Assembly (NCBI GenBank): GCA_964504195.1
Contig: CAZDDI010000006.1
Location: 48,394 to 112,393, forward strand
Direction: 5' to 3'
DNA length: 64,000 nucleotides
From: an uncultured Anaerolineales bacterium
GTDB lineage: Bacteria; Chloroflexota; Anaerolineae; B4-G1; SLSP01
Positions within the stretch are counted from its first letter, which is position 1, and the number at the start of each line of letters is the position of its first letter. The notes beneath the pieces were generated by a model. The model was given only the letters and a program-made list of their open reading frames with translations. It was not told where the DNA came from and ran no database searches. Positions 37,255 through 46,915 of the stretch are shown here, in pieces. A program made the translations under genes and the position numbers.

Positions 37255-39390
37255 TCAGTATCCTACAGCCTTCAAAAGCAACTCTACGGTGTCACCTGGC
37301 GATGCAATCTTGAGATCCTCATAACGGGTGTCTCCCAACCGCAATGAGCCTTCTACCGAATAACACGGAGCATCTGTGGTACAGGCCGCCAAACCGGAGA
37401 TAAGATAGTAGCCCGTGATATCAGAGAACGTGCTACCTGCCGGACGCCCAATAGCATCCATCACCACCACAAAGACATTGGATTGCAAGGTCTGTGTCAG
37501 ATAAGTGAACCCATCAATTACCCCTGTGCCGGGCAACGGGGTAGGGGTAGGCTCCGGCGCCGGATTCGCAACGGTCAACGTAACCGTAAGCACTTCACTG
37601 GTATTGTTGGTATCATCGCTTTCCAGGATAATGTTGTAACGGTCTACTTCAGCCATCAACACATGCGTTCCCACTGTGGAGAAACCTTCCAGCACATACA
37701 TCGTGAATGTAATCGTCTCTCGCGCGGGCAACCCGGCAATCGCAACATAATCCACGCTCAACGTCCGGGTGGTAGGCTCGGTGGTATCGTACAAATCCAC
37801 CCAGAACAACGAAGAAACGGCCACATCACTGTCATTTTTGACCGCCACCGAAACGTAGATCGGCGCGTAAGTCCCATCGGTGAACGGCTCCTTGAACTCC
37901 AGGTTCGTGATAATCAAATCAGGCCGCGCGAGGGGTGTTGGCGTCGGTGTAGGAGCCACATAACAGGGCGCATCGAATGTCACGCTGTAAGTCGCCAGGG
38001 CCACGTCTGGATGTTTCTTATCGGTGGCATCCATCCGAATCGTATGCGTCCCAGCGGTGATATTGCGCGCAAAATCCAGCGTAAAATTGGCCGTGCCGAT
38101 TTTGCCATGATCCTGAATCACCGGGGTAGGGCCATCATCATAGAAGACCTGAATGTAGTTACCAATAGGCCAATTGTACGCACTCAGAACAAAAGTCTGA
38201 TTACCGGTGGGATAACATACCTGATTCAATGTAAAGTAAGGGCCTGTCGGAACTGGCGTAGGCGTAGGATTAGCCTGCGCCTGCACTACCGCCAGGTCTT
38301 GCTGCCCGTAGCCCTGCACCAGGATCGTGTAACCCGCCGGCAGCGCCGGGACGCCGGAGAACGTGAAGCGATTGTTCCCCGCCACCGCCACCGATTGCTG
38401 ATAGCCGCTCTGCACCACCCGCAGCGTTACCATGTTGCCGCCCTGCGCATACCCCGCTACCGTCGTCGCCCCGGCCAACACGGGCTTATCAATGTTGATT
38501 GGGACAGGCGTGGGTGTCGGGTTGCTCGGATCGGGGGTGGGCGTAGGCGTAGCCTCCGGACAAGGACTTACAAACGTCCGGCTGTACGTCGTCACAGCTG
38601 CATCCGGATGTTTTTGGTTGGTGGAATCTATCCGAATCGTATGCGTCCCCTCGGTAACATTCACAACAAAGCTGGTTGTAAAGTTGGGGCTACCGAGCTT
38701 GCCATAATCCCGTATCACCGGGTTCGTCCCGCCATCATAGAAGACCTGGATGTACTTGCCGACGGGCCAGTTGTACCCGTAGAGGATAATCGTCTGCGTA
38801 CCGGCAGGATAACAGGTCTGGCTAGTCGTAAAATACGGGCCGGTGGGTGTTGGGGTAGCTTCCCCACCACCGTCGCCCGGCGGCGCAGGGGCCGGAGCCG
38901 GGTCCCCGCCACCTGGCGGCACAGGGCCTTCCGGCGGCGGGGTCGTGATAATCGTTCCTACGGACTGAATTGTGCGCGCTGCCTGCGTATCGAGCAAAAT
39001 CGCCCCTACCAACGGATCGAACAAAGGCGTAAGCGGGCGCACCGGATACTGCACGCGCACCAGCACCCGATCCCCCGGCGCAACCGCCATGTAATCCGTA
39101 TGCGGGTCTTGATCTGGGCCGGCATCGTATTGCACCCACAGGTTGAAATCCGGATCGCTCTCCGCCACCAGAATCACATACTCCTGCGCCCGTCCACGAA
39201 TACCCTCATAGTCACGCGGATTGGTGATCCCATACCGCGTCCCTTCGCGAACAGCATTGTACAAGCTAGAGTAAATCACAAAAATACGCCCAAACTCCAA
39301 AATCCCCACCACAATCATCAAGAGCAAGGGCAAAATCAAGGCAAACTCTACCAGTCCTTGACCGTGCGCTAATTGCTTGAGCTTTTTCAT
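37255..39390 (-). CDS. Large TadE-domain surface protein with duplicated Ig-like modules and a CARDB-like domain
   Basis: GQGLVEFALILP..AVREGTRYG; two copies of PTGPYFT..CYP.G.QT..YNWP.G.YIQVFYD; RPDLIITNL..E.NN. Confidence 0.85.
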   Translation of the reverse strand: MKKLKQLAHGQGLVEFALILPLLLMIVVGILEFGRIFVIYSSLYNAVREGTRYGITNPRDYEGIRGRAQEYVILVAESDPDFNLWVQYDAGPDQDPHTDYMAVAPGDRVLVRVQYPVRPLTPLFDPLVGAILLDTQAARTIQSVGTIITTPPPEGPVPPGGGDPAPAPAPPGDGGGEATPTPTGPYFTTSQTCYPAGTQTIILYGYNWPVGKYIQVFYDGGTNPVIRDYGKLGSPNFTTSFVVNVTEGTHTIRIDSTNQKHPDAAVTTYSRTFVSPCPEATPTPTPDPSNPTPTPVPINIDKPVLAGATTVAGYAQGGNMVTLRVVQSGYQQSVAVAGNNRFTFSGVPALPAGYTILVQGYGQQDLAVVQAQANPTPTPVPTGPYFTLNQVCYPTGNQTFVLSAYNWPIGNYIQVFYDDGPTPVIQDHGKIGTANFTLDFARNITAGTHTIRMDATDKKHPDVALATYSVTFDAPCYVAPTPTPTPLARPDLIITNLEFKEPFTDGTYAPIYVSVAVKNDSDVAVSSLFWVDLYDTTEPTTRTLSVDYVAIAGLPARETITFTMYVLEGFSTVGTHVLMAEVDRYNIILESDDTNNTSEVLTVTLTVANPAPEPTPTPLPGTGVIDGFTYLTQTLQSNVFVVVMDAIGRPAGSTFSDITGYYLISGLAACTTDAPCYSVEGSLRLGDTRYEDLKIASPGDTVELLLKAVGY

Positions 39391-39613
39391 TGTGTCCACC
39401 CCTCTTCCGGTTAAACAAATATCACATGCACGAGCGCCCTCGTGCATTCTTACTGTTTTCTATCTTTAGAATCGCATCCCATAGCAGAAAAGTCACGCCC
39501 TCTTTGTCAAATTAGTACAATAGTACTATTAAAACATATTCCACGTGACTAGACGAAGTTAAGAAACGATTATACAATTGAGGGTACACAGAACTTCCTA
39601 TAAGGAACCCTTT

Positions 39614-40204
39614 ATGTACCCGGCAATTGACATTGACGAGCAACAAATTATACAAAAAGCGGTTAAAGGCAACCAGGCGGCACTCGGAGCGATCTATGAG
39701 CAGCACGCCGACGCAGTCTACCGCTACATGCTCTATCGCACCGGAGATCATCACATTGCTGAAGACATCACAGCTGAAGTCTTCGCCGATATGATTACCG
39801 CAATCCGCAGTTACCGCGATATGGGCGTGCCATTTCGGGCCTGGCTGTTTCGCATCGCGCGCGCACGCCTGGTAGACCACTGGCGCAAAATGCAACGCCG
39901 GGTTGAACAACGGATTACATTCTCAGAAGACGTTGAAGAATTCTTACTTGGGGACTCGCTCGAAGACCGTCACGCTTACGATGACTTACTTGAGGCTTTG
40001 CAATACCTGACGCCGGCAGAACGCGAAATTATACTGTTGCGCTATGCCGCCGATATGGACAACGACGACATCGCCACCGCCGTGCAAAGCAATGCCAATG
40101 CGGTCAAAAGCATGATGTATCGCGCTCTTAAAAAACTTCGTACCATTCTACATAACAAAGCAAAAACGCTGGAAGGTGGAACCAATGATGAGGCAACCGA
40201 ATAA
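39614..40204 (+). CDS. ECF (sigma-70 group 4) RNA polymerase sigma factor
   Basis: AEDITAEVF, FRAWLFRIAR, REIILLRY..VKSMMYRALKKLR. Confidence 0.92.
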   Translation: MYPAIDIDEQQIIQKAVKGNQAALGAIYEQHADAVYRYMLYRTGDHHIAEDITAEVFADMITAIRSYRDMGVPFRAWLFRIARARLVDHWRKMQRRVEQRITFSEDVEEFLLGDSLEDRHAYDDLLEALQYLTPAEREIILLRYAADMDNDDIATAVQSNANAVKSMMYRALKKLRTILHNKAKTLEGGTNDEATE

Positions 40205-41312
40205 TGTAAGCCTTAGTTCAGAAGATAGTAGCATTCAGGCGCAGTTGGAGGCCTTGGGACGCCCGCAGCTATCGCCACAACACCGGCAACGCATCTGGCG
40301 CGAGGCCCGGCATCGCGCGCAGCTCCAAGCCGCTCCCAAGCCAGCCCGGTTCTCTTTATTCCGGCTGGTACCGGCACGTTCATTGGCGGCACTTGTTCTA
40401 GTGCTGACGCTTTTGCTCGGCTCCAATGTGACCGTACTCGCTGCCGGTAACAGCGTTCCCGGTGAGGCACTGTATCCGGTCAAACGCGGCCTGGAAACGA
40501 TGCAACACTCGCTGACCACGGCAGAAGCGCGTCCCATGCTCACCCTGAACTTTCTGGATCGCCGGGTGCATGAGGCCGTCCGGCTGGTCGGCACATATCG
40601 CCCCGTGCCGGAAACTCTGCTGGATGAGATTGCCCTGCTTTTAAACGAAGTGACCGTCTACTCCGACTTGTGGCAGCAGACCGATGTCCTGGCAACCCTC
40701 TCCGCGATCAACATCCAACTGACGGTAGTGGCACGCCAACATCCTGAAGTACAACAACTGGGCACCCTGGCCGGTAGTTCCCGCGCACTCCTGACCCGCG
40801 CCATCGAAGCAGCCGGCGTCACCTTCCCCGCAGAAGATGTGCCACCTATCGGAGTATCACCCACAGCGGCAGATATAGATATTACAGAACCCAACGAATT
40901 AATACCGAAAGAGAACGTCACGCCCCATGCACCGACTCAGACGGCGCAACCGCCAGCCCCCCCCACCCCCACCGCTACCGGTGTACCCCCTGAGAAAACA
41001 GCCACACCACCACCAACGCCTACCACACCACCCGCCATTGGCGAAGATAACCCGCCGCCCGGACTGGGCGGCACCCCGCCGGGCCAGGGCGATGCCCCGC
41101 CCCCCGGACAGGGTACACCACCCGGACAAGAGGAGATTCCGCCGGGACAAGTTGATCCACCACCCAGCCAGGATGAGACCCCGCCAGACGGGGAAGATAA
41201 TCCGCCGCCCGGACAGGGCGGCACCCCGCCGGGCCAGGGCGACGCCCCGCCCCCCGGACAGGGCACGCCACCGGGACAAGATACCCCCCCCGGACAAGAT
41301 AAAAAAGATTAA
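40185..41312 (+). CDS. Anti-sigma-like membrane protein (DUF5667-like) with a PPGQ-repeat tail
   Basis: TM, SVPGEALYPVKRGLE, duplicated GEDNPPPG.GGTPPGQGDAPPPGQGTPPGQ. Confidence 0.75.
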   Translation: MMRQPNNVSLSSEDSSIQAQLEALGRPQLSPQHRQRIWREARHRAQLQAAPKPARFSLFRLVPARSLAALVLVLTLLLGSNVTVLAAGNSVPGEALYPVKRGLETMQHSLTTAEARPMLTLNFLDRRVHEAVRLVGTYRPVPETLLDEIALLLNEVTVYSDLWQQTDVLATLSAINIQLTVVARQHPEVQQLGTLAGSSRALLTRAIEAAGVTFPAEDVPPIGVSPTAADIDITEPNELIPKENVTPHAPTQTAQPPAPPTPTATGVPPEKTATPPPTPTTPPAIGEDNPPPGLGGTPPGQGDAPPPGQGTPPGQEEIPPGQVDPPPSQDETPPDGEDNPPPGQGGTPPGQGDAPPPGQGTPPGQDTPPGQDKKD

Positions 41313-41743
41313 AAGCGTAAAAAGAACCTCATACAATCTCCCGGAAGACCCAAGTCTCCGGGAGATTGCTTTGCAACTCAGGGATATTGCAGCGGTGAGT
41401 GAGCCTGCCGAACCCCACCACCTGCGGAATTTTCGGACAGGTGCTTAACTGAACCGTATTGATGTTAGCCCGGCTTTGCAACTTGGCAAAGTGTAGATGC
41501 GTAGTATCATAGCAGTATGTCATTCAATGCCGTAGAGCAACCCGGAGAAGCTGCGGCGGCTCAGGCTTCGGCAAGCTCAACCACCGGACTTCTTCGATAC
41601 CTGAGCCTGTCGCAGGCCTCTGCGCTCGGCACAGGCCGTACCGCACACAACTAACCCTGTAGAATGCTCAAAACACTCCTATTGACGGCTTTGACAGGGT
41701 GACTGTTGCGCGATTGCGATTTTAGATTCACCAGGAGGTTACC

Positions 41744-42133
41744 ATGAAACTGGTATTACGTTGGATTATTACCGGTGTAGCACTATTTGCAGCAGCGTGG
41801 ATAGTGCCTGGCATCAGGGTAGATGGTGACGGCTGGATAGTCTACGCCGTCATGGCCGTGGTGCTGGGCCTGGCTAATGCCTTCATCCGCCCGCTGCTCA
41901 AAGCGCTCACCTGTTCCTTGATTGTACTGACCTTGGGACTATTCACCCTCGTCATCAACGCGCTGACGCTGTGGCTATCAGCCTGGGTCGCCCAGAACCT
42001 CCTAGGCGTCGGGTTCTACGTCAACGACTTCATGGCCGCGTTCTGGGGCGCGCTTATCGTCAGCATCGTCAGCGTGCTGCTCAACGTGTTCGTGCGCGAT
42101 CCGGACAAACACTCACAGCGCAAGCGCAACTAA
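41744..42133 (+). CDS. 4-TM phage holin family (YvlD-like) membrane protein
   Basis: GLANAFIRPLLKALT..LTLGLFTLVINA. Confidence 0.88.
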   Translation: MKLVLRWIITGVALFAAAWIVPGIRVDGDGWIVYAVMAVVLGLANAFIRPLLKALTCSLIVLTLGLFTLVINALTLWLSAWVAQNLLGVGFYVNDFMAAFWGALIVSIVSVLLNVFVRDPDKHSQRKRN

Positions 42134-42260
42134 ACACCACATTACCCTTTTTTCAAACTTGTGGTATAATTTAATTCAGGGCTGATTAGATCGCGACTGT
42201 CGAGCAGATTCGGATTTGAGAAGCCACACCAAGTTTCTTTAGTTTCAAGGAGTGGATAGG

Positions 42261-42584
42261 ATGAAGAGTATTTACGTTGGTAACTTGCCGTACAGCGCGG
42301 GCGAAGCCGAAATTCGCGAACTGTTTGAACAGTACGGGCCTGTGAATGCCGTTCGGTTAATCACCGACCGCGACACTGGCCGGGCGCGTGGCTTTGGCTT
42401 CGTCGAGATGGAAGAACCCGGTGCTGCTGCTGCCATTGCTGCGCTTAACGGCGCAGAGATGGACGGTCGCACCCTGCGCATCAATGAAGCGCAGCCCCGC
42501 GAAGACGGCGGTGGTGGTGGTGGGCGTGGCTTTGGTGGCGGCGATCGTCGCCCCCGCGAGCCTCGGCGCGATTTCCGTCGCTAA
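42261..42584 (+). CDS. RRM RNA-binding protein with Gly-rich tail
   Basis: IYVGNL, TGRARGFGFVEM, GRTLRINEA. Confidence 0.93.
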   Translation: MKSIYVGNLPYSAGEAEIRELFEQYGPVNAVRLITDRDTGRARGFGFVEMEEPGAAAAIAALNGAEMDGRTLRINEAQPREDGGGGGGRGFGGGDRRPREPRRDFRR

Positions 42585-42607
42585 TCAGCCATTAGCATAA
42601 GCTTTAC

Positions 42608-42648
42608 GGCGAACCGTCGCATGATTACATCATGCGACGGTTTTTTGT
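42608..42648 (+). terminator. Intrinsic terminator
   Basis: AACCGTCGCATGAT-TAC-ATCATGCGACGGTT followed by a T run. Confidence 0.8.
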
Positions 42649-42703
42649 TGTCCCAGCCAAGCGCGATTTTTGCAGAGATAGGTTTGGGAGTATAATAGCA
42701 TCA

Positions 42704-42837
42704 CAATGCCATTAAGTTAAGACCTGGCAGGTTTCGCACAAATTGGGTGAGGTAGTATTTTACCGGTGAATAACGATGTTTTGTAGACTGAAGGCCTGGA
42801 AACCTGCCAGGTCTATGCCCTAAACTTAATGACATTG
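42704..42837. mobile_element. 134-bp MITE with perfect 10-bp target duplication AATAGCATCA
   Basis: Ends CAATGCCATTAAG / CTTAATGACATTG; TSD at 42694-42703 and 42838-42847. Confidence 0.9.
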
Positions 42838-43004
42838 AATAGCATCACATTTCAGGCAAAACAGTAATTTCACCGCAGAGAACGTGAAGTTTGCAAAGAC
42901 TTAGGATTTCCACGGGCCACCACCCCATCACCAACAATAGGAAAACTCGGGAAACTGACGTTCCCTTCAAATCTAGTAGTTAGCACGCGCAATATCATGG
43001 GGAG

Positions 43005-43748
43005 GTGATAATGAAACTCCATGCTTGGCTTTGCATAGTTTTTTTCCTTGCGCTTGCAGGATGTCAAAGTCCACGTTTTGTGAACCACTCACAACCAGAA
43101 TTTGATGTGGACTTTAGCATCTTTGAAAACATCGGCTGTCCTCCCAATCAATACGGCTTTCGGCGTTGCGAGACAGATAGCCCTATGGCCGATTTGGGTT
43201 GTAACGTAATTAGAGAACCATCCAATCTTCTTGGGGCACTTGACCCATCGTATCCTATCGCTCTTTGTCTTGTCATTCCTTCCCTAAACGCGCAAGAACA
43301 GGGAGCAGAAAATGCCCGTATGCTCGCTGAGGGTAGATATTTCTTCAACATTGGGGGCATTATTCCTACATACGTCCGCTATGTAGTATTTCGGAATAAC
43401 CAATTCGAACTTGTAGAAACAGAGGACGAATTCAGAAGCATTTTTGCTCCTATAGCAGGGCCACAAGAAGCACTCAGTTATGCGTTGGCCGTGAGAGACT
43501 TATCGGCTTACTACGGCCTTGAGGTGGATTCTAGGTATCAGTACTTCGTTGACAAAATTGAAGATACTCACGTAGAAGAAACGGCGGACGGCTACCTGGT
43601 ACACTTGTTCTTCTATGAGGGGTTTGGATGCGGGCCACACCTCACATATGCTGTAAACGTAGAGGTCACAGCCCACGGCGATGTGAGGGAAATCAACAGG
43701 GAACCAGTTTACAAAGATCCATCCAAAGATAACTTGTGTGTCGATTAA
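43005..43748 (+). CDS. Putative lipoprotein
   Basis: FLALAGC lipobox; 247 aa. Confidence 0.75.
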   Translation: MIMKLHAWLCIVFFLALAGCQSPRFVNHSQPEFDVDFSIFENIGCPPNQYGFRRCETDSPMADLGCNVIREPSNLLGALDPSYPIALCLVIPSLNAQEQGAENARMLAEGRYFFNIGGIIPTYVRYVVFRNNQFELVETEDEFRSIFAPIAGPQEALSYALAVRDLSAYYGLEVDSRYQYFVDKIEDTHVEETADGYLVHLFFYEGFGCGPHLTYAVNVEVTAHGDVREINREPVYKDPSKDNLCVD

Positions 43749-43829
43749 CAGTGGAAAAGCGCGTGCTAACCCGGCTTGCACTCGACTTGGTTGGGCGGCA
43801 CGCTTATGAGTATAATAGAATTGAATCCT

Positions 43830-44180
43830 CCACAGATCCGCGACGGATTAAATTTTGCAATTCACCATTCGCTATTTTCAAGGGAATTCCTCATTAACTG
43901 GCGTTCACCAGCGGTTGGATGAAAATGTAACGCGAACTTTCAGCGCATGAATGCGCCGTTCGCAACCACGCGAAGCAGACGCTTCGCGCTACACTAGTTT
44001 TGATTCGCCATTCGCCATTTTCAAGGGAATTCCTCATTAACCGGTGGTTCACCAGCGCTTGGATGAAAAATAAGGGAACTGGCGTTCCCCTCAAAGCCAG
44101 CGTGCTCAGAGCGGATCGCCAGATCCGCGATCGGTTAAGTTTTGAGATTCGCCATTCACAATTCGCCATTCGCCATTTTC
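43830..44180. repeat. Composite intergenic repeat; inverted homolog at ~59270-59490
   Basis: Shared blocks GCGGTTGGATGAAAATGTAACGCGAAC, GGGAACTGGCGTTCCCCTC and CAGCGTGCTCAGAGCGGATCG; ATTCGCC heptamer runs. Confidence 0.7.
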
Positions 44181-44195
44181 AGAGGAGGCGCAAGC

Positions 44196-45311
44196 GTGAC
44201 ACAGAACGGACGCACGGTTTTTCCTTTTACGGCTATCGTCAATCAAGAGCGCATGAAGCGCGCGCTCATTCTCAACGCGATCAACTTCCGCATTGGCGGG
44301 GTGCTGATTCGCGGGGAGCGCGGCACGGCCAAATCCACCGCCGCCCGCGCCCTAGCTGCGCTGCTACCGGATATCGAAGTGGTCGCTGATGGCCCGTTCG
44401 GCTGCGATCCCGATCAACCGGCGACCTGGTGTACCACCTGCCGCGAGCGTGCTGCGCGCGGCGAGACGCTCCCCCGCCTCACCCGGCGCGTCCCCTTCGT
44501 AGACTTGCCCGTTGGCGCAACTGAAGACCGCGTTGTGGGCACGCTCGACATCGAACGCGCCATCCAGAAGGGCGAGCGACACTTCGAGCCGGGCATCCTC
44601 GCCGCTGCCAATCGCGGCATCCTCTATGTGGACGAGGTCAACCTGCTCGATGATCACATTGTAGATGTACTGCTCGATGCCGCCGCGATGGGCGTCAATA
44701 TCGTCGAGCGTGAGGGCATCTCGTTCCAGCACCCCGCGCGCTTCATTCTGGTCGGCACAATGAACCCTGAAGAGGGCGATCTGCGCCCGCAACTGCTGGA
44801 TCGCTTCGCGTTGTGCGTGGATGTGCTGGGTGTCCACAGCGCGCCGGCCCGCATGGACATCATGGAGCGCAACCTGGCCTTCGAGCAGGACCCGCAGGGC
44901 TTCTACACACAATGGCTACCGCAGGAGCGGGCGCTGGCGCAGCGCATCGAGGAGGCACGCGCGCTATTACCGCAGGTGCATTATTCGCGCGGCGATCTGG
45001 CGACGATTGCGGTGATGATGGATGATTTGGGCGTGGACGGCCATCGCGCCGATTTGGTCATTCTCAAAACCGCCGCCGCGCACGCCGCGTGGGAGGGGCG
45101 TATCCGCCTCACCGACCATGACATCATGCTGGCAGCGGAGCTCGCGCTACCGCACCGCCTCAAGCGTAAGCCGTTCGATGAAAACCAGACTTCACTGCAA
45201 CAGATCGAAAGCCGCGTGGGAACGGCCCGCGAGCAGGCTGAACAAGAACAGCCTACCGATTCCGCGCCCGCCACGCTGTCTGCGCACGAGGGCGAGTCAA
45301 AAAAAGCCTGA
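44196..45311 (+). CDS. ChlI/BchI-like AAA+ chelatase subunit (short product of a frameshifted chlD-like gene)
   Basis: FPFTAIVNQE, GERGTAKST, LYVDEVNLL, GTMNPEEG; GTG start 44196 after AGAGGAGG. Confidence 0.92.
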   Translation: MTQNGRTVFPFTAIVNQERMKRALILNAINFRIGGVLIRGERGTAKSTAARALAALLPDIEVVADGPFGCDPDQPATWCTTCRERAARGETLPRLTRRVPFVDLPVGATEDRVVGTLDIERAIQKGERHFEPGILAAANRGILYVDEVNLLDDHIVDVLLDAAAMGVNIVEREGISFQHPARFILVGTMNPEEGDLRPQLLDRFALCVDVLGVHSAPARMDIMERNLAFEQDPQGFYTQWLPQERALAQRIEEARALLPQVHYSRGDLATIAVMMDDLGVDGHRADLVILKTAAAHAAWEGRIRLTDHDIMLAAELALPHRLKRKPFDENQTSLQQIESRVGTAREQAEQEQPTDSAPATLSAHEGESKKA

Positions 45312-46273
45312 GTCCTGAGGCGCAACCGGACGCCACGCAGGAACCGGGCGCGCCTCAGGGTGAGCAAGCCGCACAAACGCCCCCCACCTGGCCCACCGAT
45401 GGCAAGTGGTGGGAGGGCGGGCAGCCGGTTGCCGTCGGCGATATCTTCGATCCGCGCCGCCTGGATACCCCACTCGACCGGCTGGAGCGCTCCACTGGCG
45501 GACGGCGCAGCCGCACCGTCACCACGCGCAAGCGTGGACGCTACATCTACGCGCGCCCCTCACCCCGCAACGCCTCCGATCTGGCCCTGGATGCCACGCT
45601 CCGCGCCGCTGCGCCCTTCCAGCGGCAACGCCATGATGCCGACCCCGATGGCCCGGCGTTGCGCCTCGGCCCGCAAGATTACCAGCGCAAAGTGCGTGTA
45701 CGCCGGGCGGGGAACTTCATCCTGTTCGTAGTGGATGCCTCGTGGTCTATGGCCGTATCTGAGCGGATGGAGGCCACCAAAGGCGCGATCATGTCGCTGC
45801 TGACCGATGCCTATCAGCGACGGGACACGGTGGGCATGGTCGTATTCCACAAGGATCGCGCGCTCGAAGTGCTGCCGCCCACCAACAGCGTGGAGCTGGC
45901 GCAGCGCCTGCTCGCCAACCTGCCGGTGGGCGGCAAGACGCCGCTGGCGGCGGGGCTGTGGCTCTCGCTGCAAATCGTCCAACACGAGCGCCGCCGCTCC
46001 CCGGAGGTCGTCCCCCTCATGGTCATCCTCACCGACGGCGCGGGCAATGTCTCGCTGGGAGAGCTGCCCGCCCAAGAGGAAGCATACCGTATCGCCGCGC
46101 AAATCCGCGAGGCCAAAATCCGCGCAGTGGTCATCAACATGGAAACCGCAGCCTTTGATCAAGGGTTGGCGCAATCGCTCGCCGAGCATCTGGACGGGCC
46201 GTGCTACTCGCTGGCAGGGCTACAGGCGGATACGCTCCTGCGCACCGTGCAGGAGGAGCTGGCGGGGCGGTGA
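45299..46273 (+). CDS. -1 frame continuation: ChlD/BchD-type linker plus vWA domain
   Basis: -1 frame open from the A7 run: ..GRRSRT..RGRYIYARP..DLALDATLRAAAPFQ..FVVDASWSM..GGKTPLAAGL..LTDG; no in-frame start before 45659. Confidence 0.8.
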   Translation, partial: KKSLSPEAQPDATQEPGAPQGEQAAQTPPTWPTDGKWWEGGQPVAVGDIFDPRRLDTPLDRLERSTGGRRSRTVTTRKRGRYIYARPSPRNASDLALDATLRAAAPFQRQRHDADPDGPALRLGPQDYQRKVRVRRAGNFILFVVDASWSMAVSERMEATKGAIMSLLTDAYQRRDTVGMVVFHKDRALEVLPPTNSVELAQRLLANLPVGGKTPLAAGLWLSLQIVQHERRRSPEVVPLMVILTDGAGNVSLGELPAQEEAYRIAAQIREAKIRAVVINMETAAFDQGLAQSLAEHLDGPCYSLAGLQADTLLRTVQEELAGR

Positions 46274-46277
46274 TGGG

Positions 46278-46769
46278 GTGATAACAAACGCAACCATACA
46301 CGAACTTTGCGCGCGGGTGGGCGCGGGGCTGCTGCAGCGCGGCTGGCGGTTGGCGGTGGCCGAATCCTGCACGGGCGGACTGGTGGGGCATTGGATCACG
46401 CAGCAGCCCGGCAGCTCGGCGTACTTCGTGGGGGGCGTGATTGCCTATGCCGATGCGGTCAAACAGGGGCTGCTGGGCGTGTCCCCGAACAGCCTGGCAC
46501 AGTGGGGCGCGGTAAGCGGGCCGGTGGCGTTGGAGATGGCGCTCGGCGCGCAACGGCGGCTCGGCGTCGAGGCGGCGGTCAGCGTGACGGGCATCGCCGG
46601 GCCGGGCGGCGGGACGCCGCACAAGCCGGTGGGGCTGGTCTTCGTGGGTATCGCGCTACCCGGCGAGCGCTGGGTCTGGCGCGCACGCTGGGACGGGAAT
46701 CGCGCGGAGAACAAGCAACACTCGGCGCAGTTTGCGTTGGAGCGGCTGGCGTGGCTGTTGAGGGTGTGA
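46278..46769 (+). CDS. CinA C-terminal domain protein (NMN deamidase-like)
   Basis: AVAESCTGGL, GAVSGPVALEMALG, SVTGIAGPGGG..KPVGLV. Confidence 0.9.
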   Translation: MITNATIHELCARVGAGLLQRGWRLAVAESCTGGLVGHWITQQPGSSAYFVGGVIAYADAVKQGLLGVSPNSLAQWGAVSGPVALEMALGAQRRLGVEAAVSVTGIAGPGGGTPHKPVGLVFVGIALPGERWVWRARWDGNRAENKQHSAQFALERLAWLLRV

Positions 46770-46915
46770 AAACAGTCGCCAAGCCAAGAGCCACGAAGCA
46801 ATGTGTCCCCCCTTCGGCAGGCTCAGGGGGCAGCAGGCTCAGGGAACGCCACACACGTGAAAATTCACAAGGCCATTGTTTCCGCCCAGCGCTACTTCCG
46901 GCAATAGGCTAGCCT

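Noticed and set aside
41744-42133. Holin indicating a second prophage
   Set aside because: This 4-TM family is a common chromosomal membrane protein; no endolysin or phage genes nearby
45659-46273. Independent vWA gene starting at TTG 45659
   Set aside because: Conserved ChlD linker motifs lie upstream in the same frame, so it is better explained as a frameshift continuation
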